DNA of 64,000 bases from Podarcis pityusensis (GCA_964106645.2 OZ067045.1); one strand, 5' to 3'; positions 39,501-48,855 are shown, counted from the stretch's first letter. The notes: generated by a model not told the origin, from the letters alone. Translations and numbers: made by a program.

Positions 39501-42500
39501 TTATTTAATATGGTTGGAACATTTCCAAGAGCACTACCAGCTGTTAACCTTCCTCAGATTCTGTCAGGATGTCAGTCCCTCCATAGGATTCCTATTGGGG
39601 CCAGTGCTTTTAATTTGTTTATAAATGATCTACCGTATTTTTTGCCCTATAGGGCGCACCGGCCCATAGGGCGCACCTAGGTTTTTTTGGGGGGGGTAAA
39701 GGAAAAAAAATTATTTCCCCCCCCCAGGTGTGGGGCTGCGGCGGGGAAAGCCCGACCTTCCCCCGACCCCAGAACAGGCTGCTATCCACAAGACTTAGGA
39801 GCCAGGCGGAAACTCCCGCTGGGCTCCCCAGGCTTGCGGATAGCTTCCTGAAGCCTGGAGAGCGAGAGGGGGACCACACCGACCCCTTTCACTCTCCAGG
39901 CTTCAGCGAAAGCCTGCATTCGCCCCACAGGACGCACACACATTTCCCCTTCATTTTTTGGAGGGGAAAAAGTGCGTCCTTGACGGTATATTTAGGTAAG
40001 CCAAGTTCAGAGCCAACATCAAATTATTCAAGGCATTAAAACAAAATGGTGCTCCAAAAGGTCTTCTCCAAACTGGGTGACTGGACATTTTAAAAGGAAA
40101 TGCAGTTCAGCATAAAACAAGTGAAAAGTGATAAACAAAAGCCTAAAAAAACCACTGATGAGATCCGAACTGAGAGTGACCAGGAAAAAGATCTTGGGAG
40201 TTGTGATGGACAGTTTCATGAAAATACTGGTGTAGAGTGCAGCTGTTCTGAAAACAGCAGATTATAAAAGTGTTAATGTTTTATGCTTTTGTTTATCTTC
40301 TGTTATTGTTTCTGCTTGTTTTTGTTTGTTTTTTATGAATAATAATTGTTGAAGTTACAAATTATAAAATAAAAAATTATTTATAAAAAAATGAAAACAG
40401 CAGATTTCATTGGTACAATTAGAAAGGAAATAAAAATTAAAACTGTCACTATCATAGTGCCTTTACACAAATCTATGATTTGCCTGTGTTCAGAGTAGCA
40501 TGTAGAATTCTGTTCACCACACCTCAAAAAGCATATTGTAGAGCTACAAAAAGTGCAGAAAAGGGCAAGTAGCATGATCAACTGAAGGAACCCCCCAGTG
40601 AGAAAGAGTTTCAATGACTGGGGCTAGTTGGGGGGGTGAGGTGGTGGTAAGGACATGATAGAGGTCTATAAAATTATGCATGCTGTTGAAAAAGTCACTG
40701 GACAAATATTCACTTCTCATTCATAATACCAGAACTCAGAGTCAGACAATGAAGCTGAATGTTGGGATATTCAGGTTGGACAAAAGGAGGCATTTCTTCA
40801 TAGAACACACATAAAAAGCATGCAACGATGGCCAACATTTTTAATGGTCAGACTAAAATGGGATCAGACTACTTCATGGAAGATAAATCTATGGACTTAA
40901 CCCACCTCTTGAACCTTGCTTAATTTGATAACTTTGCTCAGCTGAGTGAATAGATGGGGTGATGGCTTAAGACTCTGAAAGAAAAAAGTTATATATGAGA
41001 TGCTTATGTTTACAGTTTAACAGAATACTGTACCAAGACTAAGATTCTCTGTGTCATAAGTTCCTCTACAGAAAAAATAAATTCAACTTCTGCTCATTAG
41101 TGGTACTTCCCAACTTCTCTGAAGATAATATCATTTGTTGCCAAACTACCAGTATTCTCCAATTCCAGCATACAAAGTTCTGTAAATTGCTACAGAAGCC
41201 CCAATGAGGAGTGGGTGTTGCAGAGCAAAGAAATGTAAAGTAAGTCAATTACCAGGATATTTTACGAGTACAGAATTTACATGATGTAAATATTAAAAAC
41301 ACCTTTGTAATAATGAACATAGGTGTACATTTTGTAAAATTAGCTCACTGACACCTGAATAGGTTTTTCTTTAACATTTTTGTTAACAGCACTTTAAAAC
41401 TGCATACAAACCTTTTGATAATGCAATGGATTTTCAATAGCATAGGACAGCGTCGAAATAAAATTTGGCTTTGTAATCAATGATGCACACTCCTGGATCA
41501 GAAACTGCGTCTGAAAAGAAAGGAGACAGCTGTAGCAAAAGTTTTGGTTTGGTTTGGGGGAGGCACCTATTATCTAGTTACCAGATATTACCAGGATTTT
41601 ATTTCTGTAAACATAATATATATGTCCATGAAAGTACTTCAAACTGTCTTCTTACTATAGGATACGTTTGACAAATATTTTGAAATCATAAAGATGAGAT
41701 GCCAGATTAAACTATTTTGGTTAGTCTTTCAAGAAGATGAACGCAATTCACAATTCTTAGTCATTATTGAGTATGCCCAGTACAACAAACATCATCTGAA
41801 AACTGTATCCATAGTAACAAAATAGAAGCTAATATTAAGAAATATTTTACAGAGACAAGCCAAACAAGTAACTTGACTTGACTTGTGATTAAACTTGTGA
41901 CTAAAATTCAAGTTATTGAACTCAGTTACTAAGTCATTCAAAGCTTGAGAAAAATGAAGTTCCATCACACAAGACCTTAGGAACAGCAGTATTCAAAAGT
42001 AGCTCAACTCTTCTATTTTAACATTTCCTGAAGTTCACAAATCTAAAATGTGTTGGGATTATTTACATTTACAAGCCACCTTAGAAGTACTCAGGGATAC
42101 AGTTATTTCAATTTATGAATAGCTTCCTATGAAGCCTCCTGAAGCAATTAATAATACCAACAATTAACACGTATATGAAACAGTTCAAATACAACACATA
42201 CACAGACTTGGCATTCAGATATGGCACTTCTATGCAACTTTTGTACTCATAAGTGGGCTAAGCCAATCTGAAAAAAAGTACAGGTGTTCTCTGGAGTAGA
42301 GCCTCTTTTAAACTCTCCCAGAAATATGTGCTTACCTGACTCCCTTCCAGATTTCTACAGGGTAACAAAAACAATGCTTTAGGAGGTTTTTGAACTCACT
42401 GCTGGGCAGAAAATCAAGCTATATTTTAAAACTTAGGAACACAGGAAACTGTCTTATACAGAGTCAAGCCACTGGTGCATCTAACTCATTTTTATAGACT

Positions 42501-42932
42501 GACTGGCAGGCACCTTTGTAGGGTTTCAGGCAGGAGTGCATGGCATACCTGCCTGGAGATGCCTCTGGAGCATTTTATATGAAAAGCATGTGCTCTATCA
42601 ATTAGCTATGGGACTTATAAAAGTAGTGTTCTGTTGTAAATGTGCTGCCTGTTTGAAATGTATCCATACATATATTTTAGTAGTAGTTTCAGTGCTGCTT
42701 TTACTGTATGTATTTTCATAATGGATTTTGTAAGTCACTACAAGATGGAAGCATTGTAGAATAAAAAAATGTAAAAATTAAAAATCAAGAAACTAATTGG
42801 AAATTCTTTAAGGACAAAATTTACCTGATGGAAATCTTTACCGCTACTTTTACCATCGCCACTGAAATCCACATGCGAGAATAGACAGCGTAGTAAATGC
42901 CTGTCTGCCTCAGGGCCGTGCCGATTCACAAT
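440..42932 (-). CDS. CNOT1: CCR4-NOT transcription complex subunit 1, multi-exon CDS (exons 3-45 visible; start codon in gap, 3' exons outside window)
   Basis: 43 exons with AG/GT(GC) boundaries splice in one frame (6501 nt) and translate to recognisable CNOT1, from [18 protein letters not shown] to [10 protein letters not shown]. Confidence 0.98.
684..732. repeat. Compound (CAT)n(CAC)n microsatellite
   Basis: Direct read of the sequence; intronic. Confidence 0.95.
880..1090 (-). mobile_element. Degraded LINE 3' fragment (L2-like)
   Basis: Resembles related relics near 43880-44100 and 56030-56185; boundaries approximate. Confidence 0.5.
1270..1401. mobile_element. Palindromic hAT-type MITE
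   Basis: Core gactacaactcc...ggagttggagtcc with inverted ends; same family as 46332 and 49450. Confidence 0.7.
1537..1710 (-). CDS. CNOT1: CNOT1 exon 44
   Basis: [20 protein letters not shown]...PFTPNLK, 174 nt. Confidence 0.95.
1981..2082 (-). CDS. CNOT1: CNOT1 exon 43
   Basis: [34 protein letters not shown], 102 nt. Confidence 0.95.
3519..3636 (-). CDS. CNOT1: CNOT1 exon 42
   Basis: [25 protein letters not shown]...PQQK, 118 nt. Confidence 0.95.
4617..4780 (-). CDS. CNOT1: CNOT1 exon 41
   Basis: [27 protein letters not shown]...TLTAF, 164 nt. Confidence 0.95.
5340..5588 (-). CDS. CNOT1: CNOT1 exon 40
   Basis: [18 protein letters not shown]...NLLNK, 249 nt. Confidence 0.95.
7986..8217 (-). 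CDS. CNOT1: CNOT1 exon 39
   Basis: [12 protein letters not shown]...AFSAFVGQ, 232 nt. Confidence 0.95.
9139..9230 (-). mobile_element. 60-bp 5'-truncated LINE 3' end with 16-bp target-site duplication
   Basis: agacatatcacatggt at 9139-9154 and 9215-9230 flanks an insert with a (TAAA)n tail on the minus strand. Confidence 0.8.
9486..9511. repeat. (TCA)n microsatellite
   Basis: Direct read. Confidence 0.9.
9577..9746 (-). CDS. CNOT1: CNOT1 exon 38
   Basis: [19 protein letters not shown]...GNAPEG, 170 nt. Confidence 0.95.
9837..9945 (-). CDS. CNOT1: CNOT1 exon 37
   Basis: [21 protein letters not shown]...LHLAQ, 109 nt. Confidence 0.95.
10786..10928 (-). CDS. CNOT1: CNOT1 exon 36
   Basis: [21 protein letters not shown]...KQITR, 143 nt. 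Confidence 0.95.
11506..11697 (-). CDS. CNOT1: CNOT1 exon 35
   Basis: [15 protein letters not shown]...LGLLQK, 192 nt. Confidence 0.95.
12182..12301 (-). CDS. CNOT1: CNOT1 exon 34
   Basis: [22 protein letters not shown]...QPMK, 120 nt. Confidence 0.95.
12405..12509 (-). CDS. CNOT1: CNOT1 exon 33
   Basis: [18 protein letters not shown]...EQIRLK, 105 nt. Confidence 0.95.
12592..12732 (-). CDS. CNOT1: CNOT1 exon 32
   Basis: [26 protein letters not shown]...KRLAT, 141 nt. Confidence 0.95.
14382..14678 (-). CDS. CNOT1: CNOT1 exon 31
   Basis: [15 protein letters not shown]...NSFATALR, 297 nt. Confidence 0.95.
14794..14924 (-). CDS. CNOT1: CNOT1 exon 30
   Basis: [26 protein letters not shown]...LNPT, 131 nt. 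Confidence 0.95.
15398..15575 (-). CDS. CNOT1: CNOT1 exon 29
   Basis: [14 protein letters not shown]...PPITTT, 178 nt. Confidence 0.95.
15854..15931 (-). CDS. CNOT1: CNOT1 exon 28
   Basis: [26 protein letters not shown], 78 nt. Confidence 0.95.
16398..16508 (-). CDS. CNOT1: CNOT1 exon 27
   Basis: [25 protein letters not shown]...SVRSV, 111 nt. Confidence 0.95.
16708..16824 (-). CDS. CNOT1: CNOT1 exon 26
   Basis: [26 protein letters not shown]...PILHT, 117 nt. Confidence 0.95.
17204..17324 (-). ncRNA. Candidate box H/ACA-like intronic RNA, family unassigned
   Basis: Hairpin (GGAGC...GCTCC), AAATAA H box, hairpin (GGAG...CTCC), ACA plus 3 nt, in sense within intron 25. Confidence 0.4.
17580..17759 (-). 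CDS. CNOT1: CNOT1 exon 25
   Basis: [15 protein letters not shown]...YRNIK, 180 nt. Confidence 0.95.
18732..18872 (-). CDS. CNOT1: CNOT1 exon 24 (GC donor)
   Basis: [12 protein letters not shown]...SNMTQK, 141 nt, donor AAG|GCAAGT. Confidence 0.95.
19548..19778 (-). CDS. CNOT1: CNOT1 exon 23
   Basis: [18 protein letters not shown]...FKKDVP, 231 nt. Confidence 0.95.
20880..20958 (-). CDS. CNOT1: CNOT1 exon 22
   Basis: [26 protein letters not shown], 79 nt. Confidence 0.95.
21150..21400 (-). mobile_element. CR1-type LINE 3' end relic
   Basis: acaagaagaacctgctg...aaaggcccatctagtc motif typical of reverse CR1 tails; boundaries approximate. Confidence 0.55.
23078..23364 (-). CDS. CNOT1: CNOT1 exon 21
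   Basis: [10 protein letters not shown]...LDRFKNR, 287 nt. Confidence 0.95.
24179..24303 (-). CDS. CNOT1: CNOT1 exon 20
   Basis: [27 protein letters not shown]...MSVDE, 125 nt. Confidence 0.95.
26920..27063 (-). CDS. CNOT1: CNOT1 exon 19 (longest form; alternative acceptor 27060, alternative donor 26935)
   Basis: [26 protein letters not shown]...FQQSKMKP, 144 nt. Confidence 0.92.
27339..27543 (-). CDS. CNOT1: CNOT1 exon 18
   Basis: [16 protein letters not shown]...LSSQLP, 205 nt. Confidence 0.95.
28094..28229 (-). ncRNA. SNORA50: Box H/ACA snoRNA SNORA50 (ACA50)
   Basis: Two hairpins, H box AGATTA, ACA plus 3 nt. Pocket 1 (ATCTTTGA/CAAGCA) pairs with 18S UGCUUG-U34-C-UCAAAGAU; pocket 2 (ATAACT/TTTAA) pairs with 18S UUAAA-U105-C-AGUUAU. 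Human SNORA50A is CNOT1-hosted. Confidence 0.93.
28360..28510 (-). CDS. CNOT1: CNOT1 exon 17
   Basis: [20 protein letters not shown]...ISPVQ, 151 nt. Confidence 0.95.
29234..29385 (-). CDS. CNOT1: CNOT1 exon 16
   Basis: [16 protein letters not shown]...LQACAG, 152 nt. Confidence 0.95.
29614..29736 (-). CDS. CNOT1: CNOT1 exon 15
   Basis: [27 protein letters not shown]...IREHG, 123 nt. Confidence 0.95.
31041..31160 (-). CDS. CNOT1: CNOT1 exon 14
   Basis: [18 protein letters not shown]...VAQDLK, 120 nt. Confidence 0.95.
32176..32416 (-). CDS. CNOT1: CNOT1 exon 13
   Basis: [16 protein letters not shown]...YAWHGQ, 241 nt. Confidence 0.95.
32985..33112 (-). CDS. CNOT1: CNOT1 exon 12
   Basis: [21 protein letters not shown]...REIATW, 128 nt. 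Confidence 0.95.
33422..33683 (+). mobile_element. 5'-truncated Sauria SINE
   Basis: Reverse-complement similarity to the 45726-46078 copy; lacks the tRNA head; ends ggtcaggggtccctctacctttt. Confidence 0.88.
33748..33918 (-). CDS. CNOT1: CNOT1 exon 11
   Basis: [18 protein letters not shown]...WKHAEGQ, 171 nt. Confidence 0.95.
35183..35293 (-). CDS. CNOT1: CNOT1 exon 10
   Basis: [13 protein letters not shown]...LIDVLKEL, 111 nt. Confidence 0.95.
36359..36485 (-). CDS. CNOT1: CNOT1 exon 9
   Basis: [13 protein letters not shown]...DGIPLQ, 127 nt. Confidence 0.95.
36890..37058 (-). CDS. CNOT1: CNOT1 exon 8
   Basis: [16 protein letters not shown]...GYGFCT, 169 nt. Confidence 0.95.
37950..38153 (-). 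CDS. CNOT1: CNOT1 exon 7 (GC donor)
   Basis: [15 protein letters not shown]...FLKTLRR, 204 nt, donor GAG|GCAAGT. Confidence 0.95.
39190..39244 (-). CDS. CNOT1: CNOT1 exon 6
   Basis: [18 protein letters not shown], 55 nt. Confidence 0.93.
39633..39986. mobile_element. Tc1/mariner-superfamily non-autonomous element
   Basis: TA|CCGTATTTTT...GGCGCAC left end; GTGCGTCC...ACGG|TA right end (internally deleted TIR); CpG-rich interior. Confidence 0.7.
40090..40890 (+). mobile_element. Degraded CR1 LINE 3' region
   Basis: CR1 ORF2 C-terminal-like motifs (gagctacaaaaagtgcagaaaagggcaa; gacatgatagaggtctataaaattatg); boundaries approximate. Confidence 0.7.
40906..40974 (-). CDS. CNOT1: CNOT1 exon 5
   Basis: [23 protein letters not shown], 69 nt. 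Confidence 0.93.
41412..41510 (-). CDS. CNOT1: CNOT1 exon 4
   Basis: [33 protein letters not shown], 99 nt. Confidence 0.95.
42825..42932 (-). CDS. CNOT1: CNOT1 exon 3
   Basis: [36 protein letters not shown], 108 nt. Confidence 0.95.
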
Positions 42933-42987
42933 CTAGTTACAAGAAAAACAAAAGAGCTGAAGCGAGGTACCATAGCATTTGTAACTA

Positions 42988-43128
42988 CATAGAATCACAG
43001 AACTGTAGAATTGGAAGGGACCCTGAGGATCATCTAGTCCAACCCCCTGCAACACAGGAATATGCAGCTGTTCCTTATGGGGATTGACCTTCAACCTTGG
43101 TGTTTATCAGCACCATGTTCTAACTGAG
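42988..43128 (-). mobile_element. Short tRNA-derived SINE with CR1-like tail
   Basis: catagaatcacagaactgtagaattggaagggaccc...tctagtccaacccc tail plus degenerate tRNA-like head. Confidence 0.6.
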
Positions 43129-43729
43129 TGTTTCTACCACCTTCAGCTGCACTCTTAAGGAGCAGGAGCCACACAGCTTTCTGGCAGGGTCCATGCTAGT
43201 AGCAAAAAGGAGAAAATAAGGGAAAGTCACAGAGTGTCCAGGTCACATTAAACTACAGTTTAAACAAGTTTTGGTTTAACATGACTGAACAGTGTGGTGG
43301 TAAACACTGCTCAAATGCCACAGCGTCTGACTTCTGATGTCACCCGAACCTGGGCTCTTAGTTGGTTTCCCAAAAAAAGAACTAAAGTGGCAAGCCAAAA
43401 ATGAACTTTGTTTAATGCTCGTGGTTTGTCAGGCAACATGACAAGCCAGACTGAAGGGGGAAGCAAGTACAGCAGCAAGTGACCCTAGCAGTCTTTCAGA
43501 GGTTCAAATGGGCTAATGACCCAGAAAAATAGGGAGGGCTGAGAACCACTTTGTAAAAATGAAAAGGGATATAATTTAAATTACTCTTTAATAAACAGAA
43601 AATCTGCTTGCTTTTAAAGTAGAGCATGTTAGCACTAAGCAAAAGAAAATAAAAAAGCAACCTAAATATATTGCATAGTATGCATATAATTGAGGTAATT
43701 CCTGTTGAGTCCAGAATCGAAGATTTGTC

Positions 43730-45425
43730 ATTTATTTATTAGATAACAAATTTATCTGGGTTACTTATATTAAATATAAAAGCTATTTTAATACAAAGTA
43801 AGTTCTACAACCAAAAGCAGCATAAATATAACAAGAAGGCAACTGCACAGCAACCCCAAAATTAAAAAATATTTTAAAAATTGAGAGGCCCAAACCACAC
43901 CACTCTTTCAGAAGGCCTGAGTGAAACAAAAGATTTTACCTGGTGGCCAAAAGACCACATGAATGGGATAATACAAGCCTCCCAGAGATGGCTGTCTCAT
44001 AATCTGGGTATCACAACTGAAAGATTACCGCCCTCACTTATTTTGGTGGGGGCACCAGGAGCAGGGCCTCCAAAAGATCTTAAGGTTCAGGTAGGTACAC
44101 AGCTTGCCATTTATAAACCAGCACTTTTAAATTAGCCCCGGAAACAGATGGAGAACCAGCACAGCTGAACAAAACACAGGCATAGTATGATCAAACTGCA
44201 CAGTCTTAGTTAAAACCTTTGAACTCCTGTTCTGAACCAACCACAGTTATTGGACCATTTTTATAGGCAGTCCCACATACAATGCAGTGCAATAGTCTAA
44301 ACGGGAAGTCAACAGAGGATGGGCAATTGTGGCCAAGGTATCACCGCTCAGGCAAGGTCAAAGCTGGTGTATCCACCAAAGCTGAGAATAGGTAATTTGA
44401 GTTGTGAGATCATTTGAGCCTCCAGTGCTGGATCAATAAGCACCCCCAGTTGGACACCTGATCCTTTAGGGAGAGTAGAACACCATCTAGAACAGGCTGA
44501 ATACTATTCACCTGGATAGATAAACCAAGCAAACAGGGCAGCCCAACTTTTCATACTAAGTGGGCTGCAATAGTAATTTGACACAGAGCCCATGGGCTGC
44601 ACACTGCCTTGTTGCACACATGGGAGCATGGCCAAAATTTGATGCTGCCCCCCACCCTGCCACCTTCACACTGCCTTTGTAAAGCTGCCTAAGTGAGGCA
44701 CCAGGCTTTGGAAAGGAGGCATGAAGCTCCATTAGGGTCCTACAGTTCTGCCACCTCCTTCCCAAAGCCTTGTTAGCTCTTTCCCAGCTTCGGGAAAGAG
44801 GTGGGAGGACTCTTAAGACATGGTTACAGCCCTCAGTCTTCCTTCCCAAAGCCCAGCTCCTCACTTAACCAGCTTCGGGAAGACAGTGTGAGGAATGGGG
44901 TGGGTCTGTGTCAAATGTTGCAGAGGCTGCCAAAAAAAGCCTCAAGGGCCACATGTGGCCCTTAGGTCACGCAATGGACCACAGTGAACCAATCAATACC
45001 TCTAATCTTCTGTGACTATGGGCAAGAGGGTTTCCACTTGCACAGCAGGGCTTTCCTTGCTCTCCTCCTTCCACTACCCCCAAAATTGGCTGCAAGGGGA
45101 GGTCAGAAGAATCCCCAAAACAATGCACAGGAAGAAGAGGGAGGATCATTCCATCTGGCAAGCTGCACTGCTTGTACTAATAGGGACTTTCATCATAGTG
45201 TGATGTTCAATTCCACCCTGAACCTCTGTTTTTCAGAGTTCAGCCAGTTCATTGCCATGCCCAAGCAGTGTGCACAGCCTCACTTGCATGTGATGAGCAA
45301 TAAATATAAAGCTGAGTATCATCTTCATTCCGGTGACACCTTCAACCAAATCTTCAGATGCTCTTTCTCAATGGTTTCATCAAGATGTTAAACAGTGTGG
45401 GCAGATGAATAGAACTCTGCAGAAC
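43730..45425 (-). mobile_element. Degraded L2 LINE (reverse-transcriptase remnants), interrupted by a younger insertion at about 44535-44968
   Basis: Minus strand reads SRLDYCTALYVGLP near 44265-44310 and PTLFNI..MKPL...EDDTQLY near 45300-45420; boundaries approximate. Confidence 0.7.
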
Positions 45426-45725
45426 AAGCATCAAGCAGTACCTCCCAAACTTAAACCAGACAGCTGAACTGAAAGGACATTATTATTAATGGCACTGAAC
45501 ACTACTGAGAGGTCCAGGAGAATCAACAAGGTTCCATTTCCCATCTGCCAGCAAAGATAAGCCTACAGGATGACCAGAGTAATTTTTGGCTCCAAACCAG
45601 GTTAGAAGCCTAACAGAAATGGATCTGGGTTAGGAACCTTTGGCCTTCCTGATGTTGTTGAATCACAACTCCTATTATACTGTGGAACCATAAGAGGGAC
45701 AGACAATTCAAAACTAATCTGATAA

Positions 45726-46078
45726 GGTAAAGGTAAAGGGACCCCTGACCATTAGGTCCAGTCGTGGCCGACTCTGGGGTTGCAGCGCTCATCTCGCTTT
45801 ATTGGCTGAAGGAGCCGGCATACAGCTTCTGGGTCATGTGGCCAGCATGACTAAGACGCTTCTGGCGAACTAGAGCAGCACACAGAAACGCCGTTTACCT
45901 TCCCGCCAGAGCGGTACCTATTTATCTACTTGCACTTTTACGTGCTTTTGAACTGCTAGGTTAGCAGGTGCAGGGACCAAACAAAGGGAGCTCACCCCGT
46001 TGCAGGGATTCGAACCGCCGACCTTCTGATCAGCAAGTCCTAGGCTCTGTGGTTTAATCCACAGCGCCACCCGCGTCC
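45726..46078 (-). mobile_element. Full-length Sauria SINE
   Basis: A box TGGCGCTGTGG, B box GGTTCGAATCC, (ACCTTT)n tail, TSD aatctgataa at 45716-45725 and 46083-46092. Confidence 0.93.
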
Positions 46079-46331
46079 ATACAATCTGATAAAGCACCTC
46101 TCAAATAATTTTTCCCTGCCTAAAGCTTCGTAAAGGACACTGGAAGCTTATTACTGAGCAGCGGAAGAAGAGAAAGCAGCTTTTTGCCAGTGCTGTCTTT
46201 TGATAATGTGTGTGCAATGAATCACATATTGGCTGTGTTTGCACATAAACTGTGGTTAATGTTATTTAACAGACCATGACTCACCTCACAGACAAGCAAA
46301 CAACTCACAGCTTGTTTACTTCGTATCAGAG

Positions 46332-46473
46332 CAGGTGCGGGGAACTGTGGCGCTCCAGATGTTGCTGAACTACAACTCCCATCATCCCTGACCCTGGCCA
46401 CTAGCCATGCTTACTGAGACTGATGGGAGTTGTAGTTCAGCAGCATCTGGAGGGTCAGAGGTTTCCGACCCTG
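46332..46473. mobile_element. Palindromic hAT-type MITE
   Basis: tgaactacaactcccatca...tgatgggagttgtagttca inverted arms. Confidence 0.85.
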
Positions 46474-46828
46474 TTCTAGATAATCAGATTCATCTAAGAA
46501 TAATTAGAATGAGCAGATCCCTACTCTCTTGACCACCTTGGGAGGGAGGATTTATTTACAATTTTCTATTTTAAAAAATACTTACAGCCCCACACATCAC
46601 CAAATGGACATGGAAATTTTATACAAAATATCAGTTGAAAACAATATATAGCTCATTAAAATCCTAAGCTAAATTCAGAAAACTAAACAAAATCACAAGA
46701 GCAACAAAACAGGAGTGCAGCAATACAGCAGAAGGGAAAGCATCCACTTGCCTGAAAGGCTTGGTAAAGAAGCATGTCTTAACTTGACACTGAAAATGTT
46801 ACAATGACACACCCCAGAAGGGAAATAA

Positions 46829-46856
46829 ATAATAATAATAATAATAATAATAATAA
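46829..46856. repeat. (AAT)n tract, tail of a short retroposon end also seen near 18090-18150
   Basis: Followed by cccacccatctggctgggcttctccagccactctgggcgg, repeated near 18106-18147. Confidence 0.75.
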
Positions 46857-48651
46857 TTTATTACTTATACCCCACCCATCTGGCTGGGCTTCTCCAGCCA
46901 CTCTGGGCGGCAGCCCTCTCATTTGTCACTAGTATTCAGTTGTTTGGCGCTTTTTATATTAACATCTTAGATTGGGCTCAGCAGCAAATTGGCAACCAGC
47001 ACAAAATCTTTCAGGACCAGCATAAGGTGAGCCCTAACAGAAATACCCAGCAGTAACCTAGCTAGCTCCTGTATTATGTACCAGTTGCAGCTTCCAAACC
47101 ATCTTCAAGGGGAACCCCATAGAGTGCACTGCAATAAACTGATAAGCAAACATTAGCCACTGGCCTATAGTTAATATTATCTGGATCCAGGCTGGGCCGA
47201 CTTGTAGCTTCTTTTAAAGAAGATGCAACAGCTCATTTTGTCAATGAAGAAAGAGCAAGTGTGAGTTTAAGCACAGGGGGTTTCCTTATATCTTCTGCTG
47301 TGAATTCATTCAGCTTCTCTGCATTCACCTTTTCTTCCTTTAGACAGCTTTTGACTCCTTTACTGTTCAAAGGTCCAGCTGTCTCCCTAGATGGTCTCCA
47401 ACTACTGAAGTATTTTGTGGTTGTTGATTTTTGTTTTTAGCAGCTGTCATCCTCAAATTCTTTTTTTGCATTGCTTATTGTCTGCTTGCAATATTAAAGT
47501 CTTATTTCCCCCTTCTACATGCATATTTTATAGTTTTGTTTTTCATGTTTTAATTTTGGTCTTTTATAATTGTTCTCCATATTATATACACTATAAAATG
47601 AAAATTTAAAACTTTACAAAAGAATCAGTTATTTAAAGACCTTAAACACAAAAGTTAAAAAGTATTTGAAAGTTGGATGTAAACAAGGATCAAAGTAGTA
47701 TACTTCTAAGTAGTACTGAGTATAAGACCTTTCAAGTGAAGACCAGAACACACCGTTAACCAAAAACCCTCTGCCAGCTTCAAAAGTTTGCAGGAAAACT
47801 AGGGCAGCAACAACGTGGGCATATGGTGCCACAAAGATGTTGCCCTGAAGTAACTGTTCTTCAGGTCACTATATTTCATGCTACACTTCTTCCACATTCA
47901 CTTTTTCACATCTCATGCAGGTTGAGAATTAAATGACATTACTAGCCACACTGGGCAGGGAACTGAAAATCTGAAGGTTCACTTCACTGTTTTCACCATC
48001 ATTTCCACCACCAGTACCAGCCTCAATTCTTTTTTTCCCTTTTTTAAAAATCTAACCATTCAAAAAAGGAATGCAAAAAAAGAAAGAGGCAACTACTTTT
48101 GTAACTATGAAAAACACAAGCCAGAATGAACAATTTTCATTTAATAAGGAAAACAGACAGTAATAACACTTGCAATAAATTCACCCTAGAATGAACTAAG
48201 TATTGCCAATTTAATTTTGCATTAAACTACTATAAGACATTGCAAGAAGGTCAGAACAGGCTGATTTTAAATACTCAAAAGAACTCTGTTATAAACATGG
48301 AAATGAGCAATAACTCTACAGGACCACTGAGTAATTAAAGCCAATGTCGTAAATCAATTCAGGTACAAACAAACAAAAAAAGATGAAATAACAGGATAAA
48401 TAAGATATGAAACAATTGTCAACTCCCAGCAAGCAAAATATAGTAAGATCTTAGTGGCCTGTGGTGTTTTGCACTACAAATCACATCAACCAGTTAACAT
48501 GGTCAGTGGTCAGAGCTGTAATCCACAACATCTGGAGATTACCAGATTGGGGAAGGTTGTTCTAGCAACTAAACCAATCAAGCAGTGAGAAGTAGGAATA
48601 TAAACAATACAAACTAAGTTGTGGATACCCTTTTCATTTATTTTTTTTAAT

Positions 48652-48855
48652 NNNNNNNNNNNNNNNNNNNNNNNNNNNNNNNNNNNNNNNNNNNNNNNNN
48701 NNNNNNNNNNNNNNNNNNNNNNNNNNNNNNNNNNNNNNNNNNNNNNNNNNNNNNNNNNNNNNNNNNNNNNNNNNNNNNNNNNNNNNNNNNNNNNNNNNNN
48801 NNNNNNNNNNNNNNNNNNNNNNNNNNNNNNNNNNNNNNNNNNNNNNNNNNNNNNN
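48652..48855. other. Assembly gap (204 N)
   Basis: Run of N. Confidence 1.

Larger units (their letters stand above)
45675..46481 (-). pseudogene. Decayed duplicate of the cathepsin A-like gene's last exon fragment and adjacent intron
   Basis: Collinear direct similarity to 57928-58335, including exact 17-, 14- and 21-nt matches; interrupted by a Sauria SINE. Confidence 0.8.
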
